Part shown: in pieces, positions 50,330 to 63,790 of the stretch
Position numbering within the stretch: position 1 is the stretch's first letter
Layout of the letters: the number at the start of each line of letters is the position of its first letter
Assembly (NCBI RefSeq): GCF_009834535.1
Contig: NC_045697.1
Span: 46,502,001 to 46,566,000, forward strand
DNA length: 64,000 bases
Direction of reading: 5' to 3'
From: Camelus ferus
Taxonomy: Eukaryota
The notes under the pieces: generated by a model
What the model was told of the DNA's origin: nothing
Databases searched by the model: none
What the model saw: only the letters and a program-made list of their open reading frames with translations
Program-made: the position numbers and the translations under genes

Positions 50330-52180
50330 ACTAAAGGTTGCAAAATTGTGATTTTCTAATTTACCCTTTCATTAACATCTTTCAGTGAGACTTCTTCAAA
50401 ACAACTTTTCCTCACTAGCCAGGGCTATTTGGTCATCTTCAAATTTAGTTCATAAAGGAAAAGCAAGATAAATTTTTATTCTTAGTTTTTTGCTTTTAAA
50501 TAAAGTGTTAATGAATTGTGTTTTGGTTTGTTGGTTCTCCCTCTCATAAATTATGTGCCATGAACTTAGGGATTCTTACGTAATGAGTATGTTCCAATAA
50601 ATTGTACTCATTATTCTTTTTGATACTCAAATCTTGCCATCTTTGGCTATTCAGATCCTCTTAACTTTAGTGTCTATGGCCTTTCAACATAACTCATATT
50701 CTTTTATAGCTTGCATTTTGACCTCTGAAAAACATCAGATTAATCTTTTTTTGTGTATATATATATTTATTATTATTGAAATGTAGTCTTATAAAGCCTG
50801 CCTCAGACTTAGAAACACTCATTTTTCAGGTGCTTTTGTTGAAATATAATAAATACAAACTATAATCCAGGTAATATACTCATGGCTTTTAAGTTATGAT
50901 TACTTTTCAGTGGATAAAAGTAGGGAATCAGGCATTTTTTTTCTGGTCAATTCATGCAAATACTTCCAATTCAAGTTGAATTATAAGATTTTTTTTAACT
51001 TATCTTTGCTTTCATGCTCATTTTTCCTTTTACTCTAAAAACTTTTTGTTCCTAACTATATTAACATAATTGCTTTCATAGCCCTGATTGTCTACAAAAC
51101 AGAGTCTCATGCAGATTAATAGTTAAGGCTTTACTGGAAGGCAAACCTAAGGCATGTAGGGTGAGGGTGAAAGAGAGCTGAGGCAGGAGAAGCAGCTCAG
51201 TCATGTAGGACAGCTTCCCATCAGGCTTTCAGAAACCACTGTGCCTCACTCAGAACAGCCCTTAGCAGGGAAGAAAGTGAGAGAAATTAATTTTGACGTG
51301 CTCTCCTAGCTCGTTGTCAAAGTTTGCCCCATGAGTTGTTAGTGGACCTGAACTTTCATGTGTGTTGCCTGGACCTTCCTAGGAAGCCACTGAGGACACC
51401 AAATGCCACACTCTATGAGGCCCTGTATCATCTGAGTCACAAGGAATGAGGGAAGTTGGAGGGTCTTTGGGTCTGGTTAGGTCAGGTCGAGCATTAGGGC
51501 TGATGCTCCTGCTTCAGCAGTCAAGGTGAAGGTCAAGCCCTCACCCAGGAGTCCAGGCCAGTCAGGTAGCACCTGGAGATGAGGCAGCAGCAGCTGGGGG
51601 CACTCTCTTGAACAAGCAGTCAGGGGCCAATGAGTCTGCTCTGGTATGTTTTCACATTAACACTGAATCTAAACTTTAAGTCAAACTATTTAGTTTCATT
51701 AAAAAATGAATGAAAGAAAAATAATACTATTCCTCATCTTACTTTTAAGAATTATCTGCAGAAGTCCCTAAATTAGGTCCTATATAATTTCTTATTTGCA
51801 TTATTCTCACACACACAGATATGACAGATACTTTAAAATTAATATCAATAATATTTCTAACAATTAGATTAATGAATAAAATGTAAGACTTTTTGTAGTT
51901 CAATTTTTCTTAAGAATATATTCCATCAAGGATATATGGTCAAAATGCTGAATGTAAAAGTCAATTACAATATTAGGTCTGTGTGTTTATGTCACTAACC
52001 TGATATATAGTTGAGTGATTCATTTCAATTCCATTCAGTTTTTTAGGATTAGATATATGTATACTTTTAACTTTAGGGTAATTTTCTTTTTTGAGTATGA
52101 AAATTACACATGTTCTAAAGGTGAAAAATTTTTAAGACATATTTAAAGAAGTCCTATTTTTTAAGTTAACTGCCTTCTTT
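50330..52180 (-). mobile_element. Old L1MC4/5-type 3' end, interrupted by an LTR
   Basis: ctatttggtcatc...gttcataaaggaaaagcaagataaat and cattattctttttgatactcaaat...ccatctttggc. Confidence 0.55.
51080..51650. mobile_element. ERVL LTR (LTR16-like) fragment
   Basis: aacagagtctc...ctttactggaagg...gtgagggtgaaagagagctgaggcaggagaag. GC-richer island within the AT-rich L1. Confidence 0.4.
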
Positions 52181-52202
52181 ACCTTATATCTCTTTCCAAC
52201 TT

Positions 52203-53462
52203 GTTTTTTTATTGAAGTATAGTCAGTTTACAATGTTGTGTCAATTTCTGGTGTACAGCATGTTTCGGTCATATATTTACATACATATATTCATTTTCAT
52301 TTTAGGTTAGTACAAGATATTGAAAATATAGTTCCCTGTGCTATACAGTAGAGACTTCTTGTTTATCTATTTTATATATAGTAGTTAATATCTGCAAATC
52401 TTGAACTCCCTATTTATCCCTTTCCATCCCCTTTTCCCGCGGTAACATGTTTGTTTTCTATGTCTGTGAGTCTGTTTGTCTTGTAAATAAGTTCATTTGT
52501 GTCTTTTTTCAAATTCCACATATAAGTGATATCATATGGTATATTTTTTCTCTTTTTCGCTTACTTCACTTAGAATGATGATCTCCAGGTCCATCTATGT
52601 TGCTGCAAATGACATTATTTTATTCTTTTTTATAGCTGAGTAGTATTTCATTGTACAAATATACCACAGCTTTATTATCCAGTCATCTCAATGGACATTT
52701 AGGCTGTTTCTATGTCTTGGCTATTGCACATAGAGCTGCTATGAACACTGGGGTGCATGTATCTTTTAAAATTAGAGTTCCCTTCAGATATATGCCCAGG
52801 AGTGGGATTGCTGGATCATACAGTAAGTCTATTTTTAGTTTTTGGAGGACTCTCCATATTGTTTTCCACAATGGCTGCACCAAACAACATTCCCATCAGC
52901 AGTGTAGGAGGGTTACCTTTTCTCTACACCCTTTCCAACATTTATTGTTCATGGAATTTTTAGTGACAGCCATTCTGACTGGTGAGACACCTCATTGTAG
53001 TTTTGGTTTGCATTTCTCTGATAATTAGTGATATTGAGCATTTTTTCATGTGCCTATTGACCACTGGTATGTCTTCACTGGAGAGATGTCTAGGTCTTCT
53101 GCCCATTTTTGAATTGGATTGTTTGGTTATTTTTGTTATTAAGCTGTATGAGCTATTTATATATTCTGGAAATTAAATCCTTATCAGTCAAAGCATTTGC
53201 AAATATATTCTCCAGTTCCATAGGTTGTTTTTTTGTTTTGCTTATGGTTTCCTTTGCTGTGCAGAAGCTTGTAAGTTTAATTAGGTCCCATTTGTTTATT
53301 TTTGCTTTTATTTCTATTGCCTGGGTAGACTGCCCTAGGAGAACATTGCTAAGATTTATGTCAGAAAATGTTTTGCCTATGTTCTCTTCTAGGAGGTTTA
53401 TAGTATCTTGTCTCTGTTTACATCTTTATGCCATTTTGAGTTTACTTTTTGTGTATGGTGTG
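52203..53462 (-). mobile_element. Camelid-lineage L1, 5'-truncated (ORF2 end plus 3'UTR)
   Basis: Begins ttttattgaagtatagtcagtttacaatgttgtgtcaatttctggtgtacagc and is collinear with the 4599-6087 copy. ORFs at 52651-53477 are its antisense frames. Confidence 0.93.
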
Positions 53463-53934
53463 CTCTTTACCCTTTAAGCAATCATTTTTATAACACTGAT
53501 TTATCCTTTCAAAATTTCTTTTTGCAACAATACACCTATATTTATATTTCACAACCATATTACATACAGGGTAGCTTATTATTAAAAACTGGTTTTCATC
53601 TTAATTTTTTCACATAATGTATCCAGCCATTCCTTATCAATCTATATAAACTTCCCTATCCCTTTTGACGTCTGCATGATATTCTCAACTTAATTTTAAA
53701 GAAGACTAAATCAGAGGTACTATAGTTCCTAATTTTTCATTCTCAAGTGTCAGTACAATTTGGGGCACCTTGATATGATTTCTAGTATAATTAAAGAAAT
53801 ACTATAGTGAGGTAGTGTATAATAGTATTTCACTGTAAACTGTATAAATGACAAATGTTACAACCAGACTACTTGCAAACACTTCCTTTTTTCCCAGATC
53901 ACCTTACTAGTGCATCAAATCCCTCTAACAACTT

Positions 53935-54318
53935 TGTTATGGACTGAATGTTTGCGTTCCCTCCAGATTCATATATTGAAGCCCTCACCCCCAACGTGGC
54001 AATGTGGTGGTATCAGGAGGTGAAGCCATTGGGAGGTAATTAGGTTCATTAGCCATTGGGAGGTGATAAGGGTGGGGTCTTCATGAAGGGATTAGTGTCC
54101 ATATAAGTAGAGGAAAAGAAACCAGAGCTCTTTCTCTCCCAACCATATGAGGACACAGCAAGGGGGCAGCCATCTACAAGATGGGAGAGGGATCTCCCCA
54201 GGAACTGAAGTGGCCAGCACCTTGATCCTAGACTTCCCAGCTTCCAGAGAAAGAGAAAGAAATAACTGTTGTTCAAGCCACCCAGTCTTTGTTATAGCAT
54301 CTCAACGTGACTAAAATA
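53935..54318 (+). mobile_element. MaLR solo LTR (MLT1A-type)
   Basis: tgttatggactgaatgtttgcgttccc...gacttcccagcttccaga...gttatagca...gactaa. Flanks aactt/aacct form an imperfect 5-bp TSD. Confidence 0.88.
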
Positions 54319-56481
54319 AACCTTCAACATTAGTCACTCATGGATGGATCTAAATAAAATGAATAACTTAAGATCATCTACAGTCTTTGGAATTTATTTT
54401 ACATGAATTTCTTTTTCAGCCAAAGCCCTGACAGCTTTCTCCTACCTCACATAGCAGATAAGAAGGAGCTCTCTTCTTTGGAACCATCCAAGGGCAGGCA
54501 TGTCTTTCCTATAATTGACATCATCTCTGTCCTGAGTGGCTTCACCATGGGCTTGTTTAGTCTTCACACACAGCCTTGGCTCTCCTAGGCTTCAGACTTT
54601 TCTATCAGAGCAGAATAAAGGAAAAAAATAGGGCATACAGTGCATTGACATATCAGACAGCACAAAGTACTATGGTTAGCTTTTTTAAATCAGGGGAAAA
54701 AAGTGACTTCTCCATTGTCTCTTAACTCTAGTTCTTTCTAAATGTTATCACATCATTTCCTGAACACAGATTTTTAAGCAAAGCCCTATGGTTCCACTAT
54801 AAGATGACTGAAAGAAATATTAGTGTTATTCATCTTTTTTGTTTTTCTCATTGTCAAAATGTGGCCACGACTTATTTTGGCAAGACACTGAAGACCGGAA
54901 AGTTTTATTAATGGCACAGGTAATCTGGAGTTGACCATATTTTACCATTTTTCATATAATTTTACCATTATTTATACACTAGCCCTATTAACCTAACTTT
55001 ACCTTAGGACATCTCCAAACATTAAACTTGCTAATATGTTTTCTTAATATCAAAGAGGGTCTAGAGTGAGAATTGAAGAGATATTTTTTTGGAATGTCTG
55101 CTCATGGTTTTCCATTATCCCTTACATGAGGAAACAGTGATCTAAACTTATGCTCTCTCTCCATGTTCCTTTACGAGCTCCTTTCCACAGAAGAGGAGGG
55201 GATCATATGATTTGTCAGACAAGACAATCACTGAGCCATGTTTTCAAATGAGAAGGCTTACTGTGACTTAAAGACAGGATCCTGGCCTCCGCACCTGATT
55301 TACCACCCTCTGGCCTCTATGCAGGCTAGGTCAGCCTCTTTGCCCTCTGTTCAGGTTCTTCTGCCTGAGATTAGGTGAACACAGCACCTGACTGGTTAGA
55401 GAAGGTGGCCAGGTAGCAGTCCCAGGGGAGCTATATGATGGGGCAGAAGACTCCCTGAGGCCTTTCTCCAAAGCAGACATCTTGGGCAGGTGTCAGGACC
55501 TTACCCTTATATTAATAGTGAATCAGTATTTTGTATACCATTTAATGTTTTCCTTCTGTCTTTAAAACTCAGCAGAGAGAAGTAAGTATATTAAAAGGTG
55601 TATTTGAGCACTAGCACTTGACAATGAAAACTCCACAGTGGCATCCGTGTGTCCACAGAACACCTCCCTTCACTCCCACCATCACCACAGATCACCCAAT
55701 AACCTCTTTTTAGACTCTACAGACCCACAGGCTCAGATCAGTGAACAGCACAGATTCTGGAGCTGGACTGGCGGAGTTCAGAACCCTTAATCTCTACTTA
55801 CCAAACTGTGTGATCCTGGGCATCAGTTACCTTGTCAACCAATGGCAATATTAATAATACAATTTTAATAGCATGACAATATAATATAAAATATCATATT
55901 ATTATAATTACATAGTAATGATACAATTACAATGATAAAAATCCTATGTAGTAGGACTTTATGAATATATATGTATTATATACCTACAACATATACATCT
56001 CATACATACCATCTATATAAAACTGTGTCTAGCTTATGAATTGGAAGCTCTGGTTTAATGTTTTCACTATACTGTTTTTATAAACTTTATAATTTATTCC
56101 ATGGTAGTTGCAAGAAGGCACATAGTACTATCTCAAAGATATAACTGAAAAAACTTAAAAACATGTATGTTAATGTGAATATTTGGTAATACTATAACAA
56201 TGTAATAATGTGAGTAAAATCAAACAGTTAAAAATACTTTGTGAGTGAGGAGAGACAACCAAATGCAAAATAAAATAGATACTATTTGATCGGTGATGGT
56301 TTAAATGCAGATGTATTTAAAAGTAGGAAGTTAAGCTCTAGAGACCCTTAGCAAGGCTGTAATTCCATAATACAAAAAGAAATGTTCCCAGTTTTGAGAC
56401 TTATGCATGCACATTTTCTATTAAGATATACATACAGAAAGTTAGGTAGGCATACATTGTAATTCAGATTTGCCTACTTAC

Positions 56482-56773
56482 AGATGGTAACATTCTGTGC
56501 AATAATAATGCTCTCAAACCATTTGCAAATTTGTCCAGCAACAACTCTGCCTTTAATGATGAAGTTTCCACAGTGGCAGATGGCAGAGTGAGCAGTGAAG
56601 GATGCTGCCGACCCACCAGGGTTATGTCTGTCACTAAAGCGATCTGGCTCCAAAAGCCAAAGTCTGTTGAGGTCACACTGATTATTGCTCCATTGGAATG
56701 ACTTGATTGATCACATTTGTGGTTATTTCATAAATGATGACCTTTTAGAAGGGGTCCTGGCAGTTTCTTCCTG
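56482..56773 (-). other. Candidate spliced exon (non-coding or stop-containing)
   Basis: Minus-strand acceptor ctgtttctctatatcactttcctacag|cag and donor CT|GTAAGT, in unique sequence. All three frames stop within about 50 nt. Confidence 0.3.
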
Positions 56774-57595
56774 CTGTAGGAAAGTGATATAGAGAAACAG
56801 TGTCTGCAGTCTATCGACATATTATAGAAACAAAGGGGCAATTTATGAAACTTAAAAAAAAATGTATTCACTGATGTTGCTGTTCTTTGTGTCTGAATGG
56901 TTAGTCTGCAGAAATAGCACAATACTACTTTTAATATCCATGTCACATTTAGGAAAAGAAAAGGGAAATGGAACAAGACAAGAAAATATATTAATGAACT
57001 GAAAAAACCCAGCAAGGACTATTTTTCTAATGGGAGGATATAAATATAAACTGAGATCCAGTTATTCTCTAAGCACCTAAAATTGGCAGATAGTCCAGAT
57101 AAAAGAAAATAAATAAGTAAAACTCCAGGGTCCAAATGAACCCTTGGAATACTATGAAGAAAATGACATATTATTCCATGGGAAGTTTAACATAATATAC
57201 TACTAATGAAGTATATTGTATTGAAATTGCCAAGTTCATTTATGGTGTTATATTGTTGGACTGATTTATCCATGGTGAGTGAGTGTACCTTTAAAAACTG
57301 AATTTACTATCAGAACATGCCTTAGGTACTGGAAGGAACAAAGCACATCCCTCTTCCTTATATACTGAACAGTAACATAGAAAAATTACAGAAAAATAAT
57401 AATTCTCTCATGTCACTGACTAAAATAAGCAGCATAGCTCTTGTGAATAAAGTTGATCATTAATAGTAATAACAAAATAATCCTTTATGATTACTTGCTC
57501 TATTCTGAAACTTCTAAGTACTTCACATACATTACCTCTCTTCAGTCTTTTTGACAACCATGGGACTGACTTACAGACTCCACAAAGAGCCAAGA

Positions 57596-58016
57596 CAGTG
57601 ATGTGCTGAACCAGTAAGAGCTGCTTGTTAAATTTTCAGGGAATTTGCAAGCTGTTGTTAAACATGACCATTATTAAAAATTAAATTATATAAACTTACA
57701 ATGACACAAATTATATTAAAAATAAAGTTATAATTACTCAAAACTGATCTCATCCTAATTATCATTACATTTCACTATTAACTGTTCTTAAGGTTTTTTA
57801 CATGTATTGCTCATGTACATACACGTATGGAATACTACACAATGGTGTGCTACTATGCATTTTTTCCCAACTCTGTTCAATGATGCTATGCTGTAAGGGT
57901 AGCTTGAAATCAGCCTCAGTGGAAGTATTCATACTATGGAAATTGGCAAATGCTGTAAATCAGGGGTCTCCTGCTCCAAGAGGCCATCGTTAAAAATATA
58001 TACTAGTCCACTACTA
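57596..58016 (+). mobile_element. MER63-type hAT-Blackjack element
   Basis: cagtgatgtgctg...ttgttaaattttcagg...ccattattaaaaattaaattatataaacttacaat...ggaaattggcaaatgc. Confidence 0.85.
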
Positions 58017-58029
58017 TGTGAGACATGTC

Positions 58030-60280
58030 TTTCTTCATTTTGTTAATATGATGTGTTATCTTGATTGGTTTGCAGACACGAAGCCATTCTCCCATTCCTG
58101 GAATAAATCCCACTTGATTGTGGTGTATGACCCTTCTACCGTATTGTTGGATTTGGTTTGCTAATATTTTGTTGAGGATTTTTGTTTATATTCATCAAGG
58201 ATATTGACCTGTGATTTTCTTCTTTCTTTTCCTTTATTTATTTATTTTCTGGTGTTTTTGCCTGGTTTTGGGAGCAGGGTAAGCTGGCTTCGTGAAATGT
58301 ATTTGAAAGGTTTCCCTCCTCTTCAGAATTTTGGAAGAGTTTGAGAAGAACAGGTATTAAATCTACTTTAAATGTTTTGTAGAATTTGCCAGCGAAGCAG
58401 TCTGGTTCTGGGCTTTTCTTTGTTGGGAACTTTTGATCACTGTTTTAATCTCTTTATGAGTAATCAGTCTATACAGATTTTCTGTTTCTTCCTGATTCAG
58501 TCTTGTGAAACAGTATATTCTAAAAATTTATCCATTTCTTTCAGGTTGTCCAATTTGTTGGCACATAATCGCTCAGGGTGGTCCATTACGATCCTTTTCA
58601 TTTCCGTAGTATCAGTTGTAACTTCTCTTTCATTTCTGATATTATTCATTTGAGCCCTCTTTCTTTTTCTCTTGGTTAGTCTACCTAATTACTTGTTGAT
58701 TTTGTTCATCTTTTCAAGGAACCAGCTCTTAGTTTCATTCATCTTTTCCATTGTTCTTTAGTCCCCATTTCATTTATTCTGCTCTGATATTTATCATTTC
58801 CTTCCTTCTACTAATTTGGGGCTTCATCTATTCTTTTCCTAGTTCCTTTAGGCCTAAAGTTAGACTGTTCATTTGGGAATATTTTTCTTTTTTCTTGAAG
58901 TAGGCCTGTATTGCTATGAACTTTTCTTTCAAAACTGCTTTTACTGCATCTTCTAATTTTGGTATGTTGTATTTCTGTTCCCTCATTTGTCTCTAGGTAT
59001 TTTATTGTTTGTCCTTTGATTTCTTCTATGACTCATTGGTTATTCAGTAGCATGCTGTTTAATCTTCATGTTTTTATGGGTTTTCCCATTTTTTTCTTGT
59101 AATTGATGTCTAGTTTCATGTAATTGTGATCAGACAAGATGCTTGATAAGATTTCAGTCTTCTTAAACTTACTGAGACTAGTTTTGTGACTTAACATTTA
59201 ATCTGTCTTGGAGAATGTTCCATGTGCACTTGAGAAGAATATATATTCTGTTGCTTTTGGGTAGAATGCTATGTATACATCTATTAAGTCAATTGGTCTA
59301 ATGTATCATTTAAGCCCACAGTTTCCTTACTGATTTTATGTCTGAATGATCTAGCCATTGATGTATATGGGTGTCAAAGTCTCCTACTATTATTGTATTG
59401 CTTTCCATTTCTCCCTTTGTCTGTTAATATTTGCTTTATATGTTTTATGCTCCTAGGTTGGGTGAATATACAGTTAAAAATGTTATTACCTCTTGTTGGA
59501 TTAACCCTTTTTTCATTATGAAATGTCCTTCTTTGTCTTTTATTACAGTCATTGTTTTAAAGTCTACTTTATCTGATAAAAGTATAGCTACTTCAGCTTT
59601 CTTTCCATATCCATTTGCCTAAAATATAGTTTTCTGTTTTCTTCATCTTCAGTCTGTCTGTGTACTTACTTCTGAGGTGAGTCTCTTGTAAGCAGGATAT
59701 AGATGGGTCTTGTTTTTTAATCCATTCAGCTACTTTGTGTCTTTTGATTGGCAAATTTAGTCCATTTACATTTAAAGTAATTATTGATGAGTACATACTT
59801 ACTGCCATTTAAAAAATTATTTTCTGGCCTTACTGTGATTCCTCTCTGTTCTTTTCTTTTCCTTTCTCTTTCCTTGCATTTTGGTGATTTTATTTACTGT
59901 TGTGTTTATATTCATTTCTCATATCTTTTGTGTATTTACTATAAGTTTTCTCCTTGTGGTTGCTGTGAAGTTCATATATAATAACAACCTATGTAAATAG
60001 CAGTCTGTTTAGGTTGGTAGCAACTTAAAATAATATTCTAAAGCCGATCTTTTCAGGTGCCCCTTCTTCATTTTATACTCTTGATAACATATTTTATGTC
60101 TTTTTATTTTCTGTATACCTTAACTAATTATTATAATTTTAGTTAATTTTACTGCTTTTGTCTTTCAAGATTCATGCTTATTTTACAAAGTGACTGATCC
60201 ACTACTCTTATTATATAATTACTCTTTACAGTGATATTTTCACTTATGTATGTTTTCTTATTATTAATTAGTGTATATAA
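58030..60280 (-). mobile_element. L1 ORF2 5' half (endonuclease to start of RT) plus inter-ORF spacer
   Basis: ORF 59593-59808(-) SIITLNVNGLNLPIKRHKVAEWIKKQDPSISCLQETHL is the APE endonuclease N-terminus. The left end encodes [13 protein letters not shown]...[10 protein letters not shown]. Confidence 0.93.
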
Positions 60281-60299
60281 ATAATTAATTCATGTACAT

Positions 60300-61228
60300 A
60301 AATGAATAAAATGCACAGGGGACCTAAACAGGCATTTTTCTAAAGGAGACCTCCACATGGCCAACAGGTATATGAAGAGGGCTCAACACCACTAATCATC
60401 AGGGAAATGTAAATCAAAAACACACATTTTAGAAAGCCTATTATCCAAAGGACAAGAGATAACAAATGCAATGAGGATGTGGAGAAAAGGGAACCCTGGT
60501 GCACTGTTGATGGAAATGTAATTTGGTGCAGCCACTATAGAAGACAATATGAAGGTTCCTCAAGAAATTAAACATAGTACTATCATATGATCCAGCAACC
60601 CTGTTTCTGAGTATATATATGAATGAGATAAAATCACTATCTCAAAGAGATGTCTGCACTCCCAAGTTTACTGCTGCATTATTTACAGTAGCCAAGACAC
60701 AGAAACAACCCAAGTGTTTGCTGATTGATGAATGGATAATAAAAATGAAATAAACACACACACACACACACAATGGAATATTATTCAGTCACCAAAAAAG
60801 AAGGAAACCCTGCAGTGTACAATGATATGGATGGACCTTCAGGGCATTATGCTACAAGTAATAAGTCAGACAGGGAAAGACAAATACTGTATGATCTCAA
60901 TTAATATACAGAAACTAAAAACATCAAACCTACTGAAACAGTAGAATGGTAGTTGTCAGGGGCTGAAGGGTGGAGGAAATGGGGAGATGTTGGTAAAGAA
61001 CACAAACTTTCAGTTATAAGATGAATAAGTTTCCAGGGATCTAATATACAGCATGGTGACCATAGCTAACAATAATGTAATGTATACTTGAAAGTTGCTA
61101 TGAGAGTAGAGCTTTAATGTTTTCATCTTAAGAACAACAAAAACAAAATGATAATTATGTGAAGTAAGGGATGGGTTAAATAACCATGCTGTGTCAAGTA
61201 TTTCACAATATACACAGGTATCAAATTA
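60300..61228 (+). mobile_element. L1MA9-like 3' end
   Basis: gacctaaacaggcatttttctaaagg...aaactttcagttataagatgaataagtt...tacttgaaagttgcta. Confidence 0.9.
60754..60771 (+). repeat. (AC)n microsatellite inside L1
   Basis: acacacacacacacacac. Confidence 0.8.
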
Positions 61229-61234
61229 CAAAAT

Positions 61235-61327
61235 AATATTTGGCACATATTTATTCTAAAATTTATTTATTTTTTAACTGCAGTTCAAATTTAATTTAAC
61301 TAGGCATTCTGTATTTTATGTTGCAAC
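61235..61327. mobile_element. MER53-like MITE, one half
   Basis: ttcaaattta...actaggcattctgtattttatgttgcaac. Confidence 0.45.
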
Positions 61328-61882
61328 TGTACTCTTAAAGGTCTTCTTTTCTCATTCTTCCTATTTCCTTTTCTTTTCAATAAGAAATCTATTGGATTAA
61401 TGAACCATAGCTCGGTTTTTATATTAATTATGTGATTAAGAGTTAGGTATGTCTGATTTCAATTTCAGTTTCATTGCTTCCAAGGTTTGGCATTGGAAAA
61501 ATTAACTTTTCCAGGTCTCAGTTTCATGTCTGCAAAATAGGCTTTCCCAGGATTTCTAACAGAAGTAAATAAGATAATATATGTAATGATTACATATTAT
61601 ATATTACACATTACATATGTAGTGTCTGCCAGTCAGTCAGCCTGCAGTACATGCTAGCTATGGGGAATTACGATGTCATTGTCATGTTTTCATTGTCATA
61701 GAGTTGTAGCCCTCTGGATTACCACTGACCTCATCCTACCCTCATTTCTCAGCACACATGTATCCCCTTTCTCATCTCATCTACGTTTTCTAGAGTGAAT
61801 CATCAAACTAATATAACCAGTCCCATACATCACCATCAGAACCCCAAACCTTCACCAGATTTTACTTTCTGGTTTTTATGTT

Positions 61883-62132
61883 TTTTTCTAGCCTTACTGA
61901 GATACAACTGACGTACAACATTGTATAATTTTAAGGTATATGACATGATGGTTTGATATATCCATACACTGTGAAATGATTATCATAGAGGGTTTGTTAA
62001 CTCTTCCATCACTTCACATAATTGCCATTGCTTTTTTGTGCTGAGGACATTTCAAGATTCACTCTCTTAGCAACTGTAAGTATATAATACACTATTGTTA
62101 ACTATAGTCATCCTGCTGTATATTAGAGCCTC
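61883..62132 (-). mobile_element. Short L1MA9-like 3' end
   Basis: tactgagatacaactgac...ctattgttaactatagtcatcctgctgtatattag. TSD ctggttt(t/c)tatgtt at 61869-61882 and 62133-62146. Confidence 0.88.
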
Positions 62133-62509
62133 CTGGTTTCTATGTTGATGTGGCCTGAACATGTTCATTTATGCTGAAGGGTCAGGGCCAACTCAACCAT
62201 AACTTTGCTAGCACTGGCCAGAGAGCTGGCTAGTAAGAAGGACAACAGTGACATTATCAAGTCTGAATTCTGTCAAAAGCTATAGTAGGGCCTTTTGCAT
62301 ATGTTTTTTATTTAATGATCATAGTAACTCTATATGTAATACTACTGACATTTTATAGGTAAAGGAAAGAAGGATTCAGAGGTAAAAGAAGCAAAAAAAG
62401 TTTGCATTTGGATATTGTTAGGGACTTCATACTTAGGTAACTGTAACAACTTACATTAGCATAGGGATTCTTGAGGATTTTATTTTTCTCCAAGGATGTT
62501 CACATACAC

Positions 62510-63050
62510 AATCTCATTTATCCTTACAACCATCCTGCAAGTTAGAAAAATTAATTATTTTAAATATTTAAATAATTTGATTAACACGTAATTAATAATT
62601 AATATTTAAGTATTATAAATACTATAAATAATTGTATTGTCTCCATTATATATCCAGTGAAACTGAGACACTAGGAAGTTATATGTCCTGTCCAGAATTA
62701 AGTGGTAATTAGAATTAATACTATATATATAAATCCTTATTCATCTTTGTGTCTTCAAACACTATACTGTCAAAGACATTTATAAAATAGGTAGCTTAGC
62801 ACAATGGTTAAATGGTGTAACTTAATATTAGAAAGACCTATACTCAGATCCCTGCTTTGTCTTTTTCGACCTGTGTGACCTTGGAAAAGTTCTTTGACCT
62901 TTACAAATTTTAGTTTTCTCAACTTTAAATGAGGAAAATAAAACAATACTTACATTGTGCTGTGGTTGTGAGGCTTCAAGGTGAGAAAATATATATTTTA
63001 CTTAGTGTAGCACTTTGTACAAAATAAGTAACCAGTAAATATTAGCTAAT
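62510..63050. mobile_element. Two divergent MIR copies (minus about 62510-62760, plus about 62800-63050)
   Basis: Minus copy: tctcatttatccttacaaccatcctgc...gaaactgagac. Plus copy: ctgtgtgaccttggaaaagtt...gtaaatattagcta. Confidence 0.7.
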
Positions 63051-63394
63051 ATTATAATTAATAATCAAAAATGTTAATCTTAATATTGGCATTATTATCA
63101 AATAAGAATGGGTTTTTGAAGGCTCCGTATTTTTAATAATTTAATAATTTTCCTTCAAAGGAAAGTAAAAGAAATTAAATATTTTCAAAGACTGTTTATT
63201 TGTAATTTGCATATCCTGTTGAATTTTAAAAATATTACCTCATTAAATTTTTATAATCAACTTGTAAGGTAGCTGTTATATCCATTTAACTGAAAAATTA
63301 TGGAATTTACTTAAAGTCTTTATATAGATGGTAACTCACAGTTAAAATATTCAAATACAAATCTGTACCAAACTAAGACATGTCAAGTTCTACA

Positions 63395-63790
63395 CTAAAA
63401 ATATAATCTGATGTTTATTATGTGACCAAATAATCTAATATTGCTGAATGCACAGTTTGAATTATTTAAAAAGTAGAGGCAGTAATCTGAAGTATTTTCC
63501 CATGAACTTGTGTGAATATGAAGCAAATACAAAGGGAAGTAAGGGGAAGCAGCCCTGGGAAGACATGCCCTGATCAGCAAAATCACTAATACAGATTTTT
63601 TTCAGCATTTTACTTATAAATACTGTCCTCCTCCAAAATTCCTCCAATTCAAAAGTCTCTAGAAACTGCCTAATTCCCTCAAATTGAACAGGGAGGTATC
63701 TACCATGCATATAAGACAACTCTGATAGTTTTGTTAAGCCTCTGTCATGATTTAAATTCTTTAAAGCTTTTGCAGGTTTAGGACCTGCAT
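63395..63790 (-). other. Candidate terminal exon of an unidentified minus-strand transcript
   Basis: Acceptor ttgtctcattttcactttctag|ATGCAGG at 63791/63790. An open frame runs to a stop at 63462, with AATAAA at 63419-63414 followed by T/GT-rich sequence. The peptide is not recognised. Confidence 0.3.

Noticed and set aside
52651..53617. Several 60-125 aa hydrophobic ORFs resembling membrane proteins
   Set aside because: They are antisense frames of a T-rich L1 strand. The same applies to 4516-5732 and 58372-58653.
54024..54064. Direct repeat agccattgggaggt x2
   Set aside because: A local duplication inside an MLT1A LTR. Two copies only, so not an array.
59593..59808. Endonuclease ORF as a functional gene or active L1
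   Set aside because: Only 71 codons are open. The rest of ORF2 is broken by stops and frameshifts, and ORF1 and the 5'UTR are absent.
61579..61597. Palindrome atatgtaat-g-attacatat
   Set aside because: Low-complexity AT sequence within a decayed MIR-like region.
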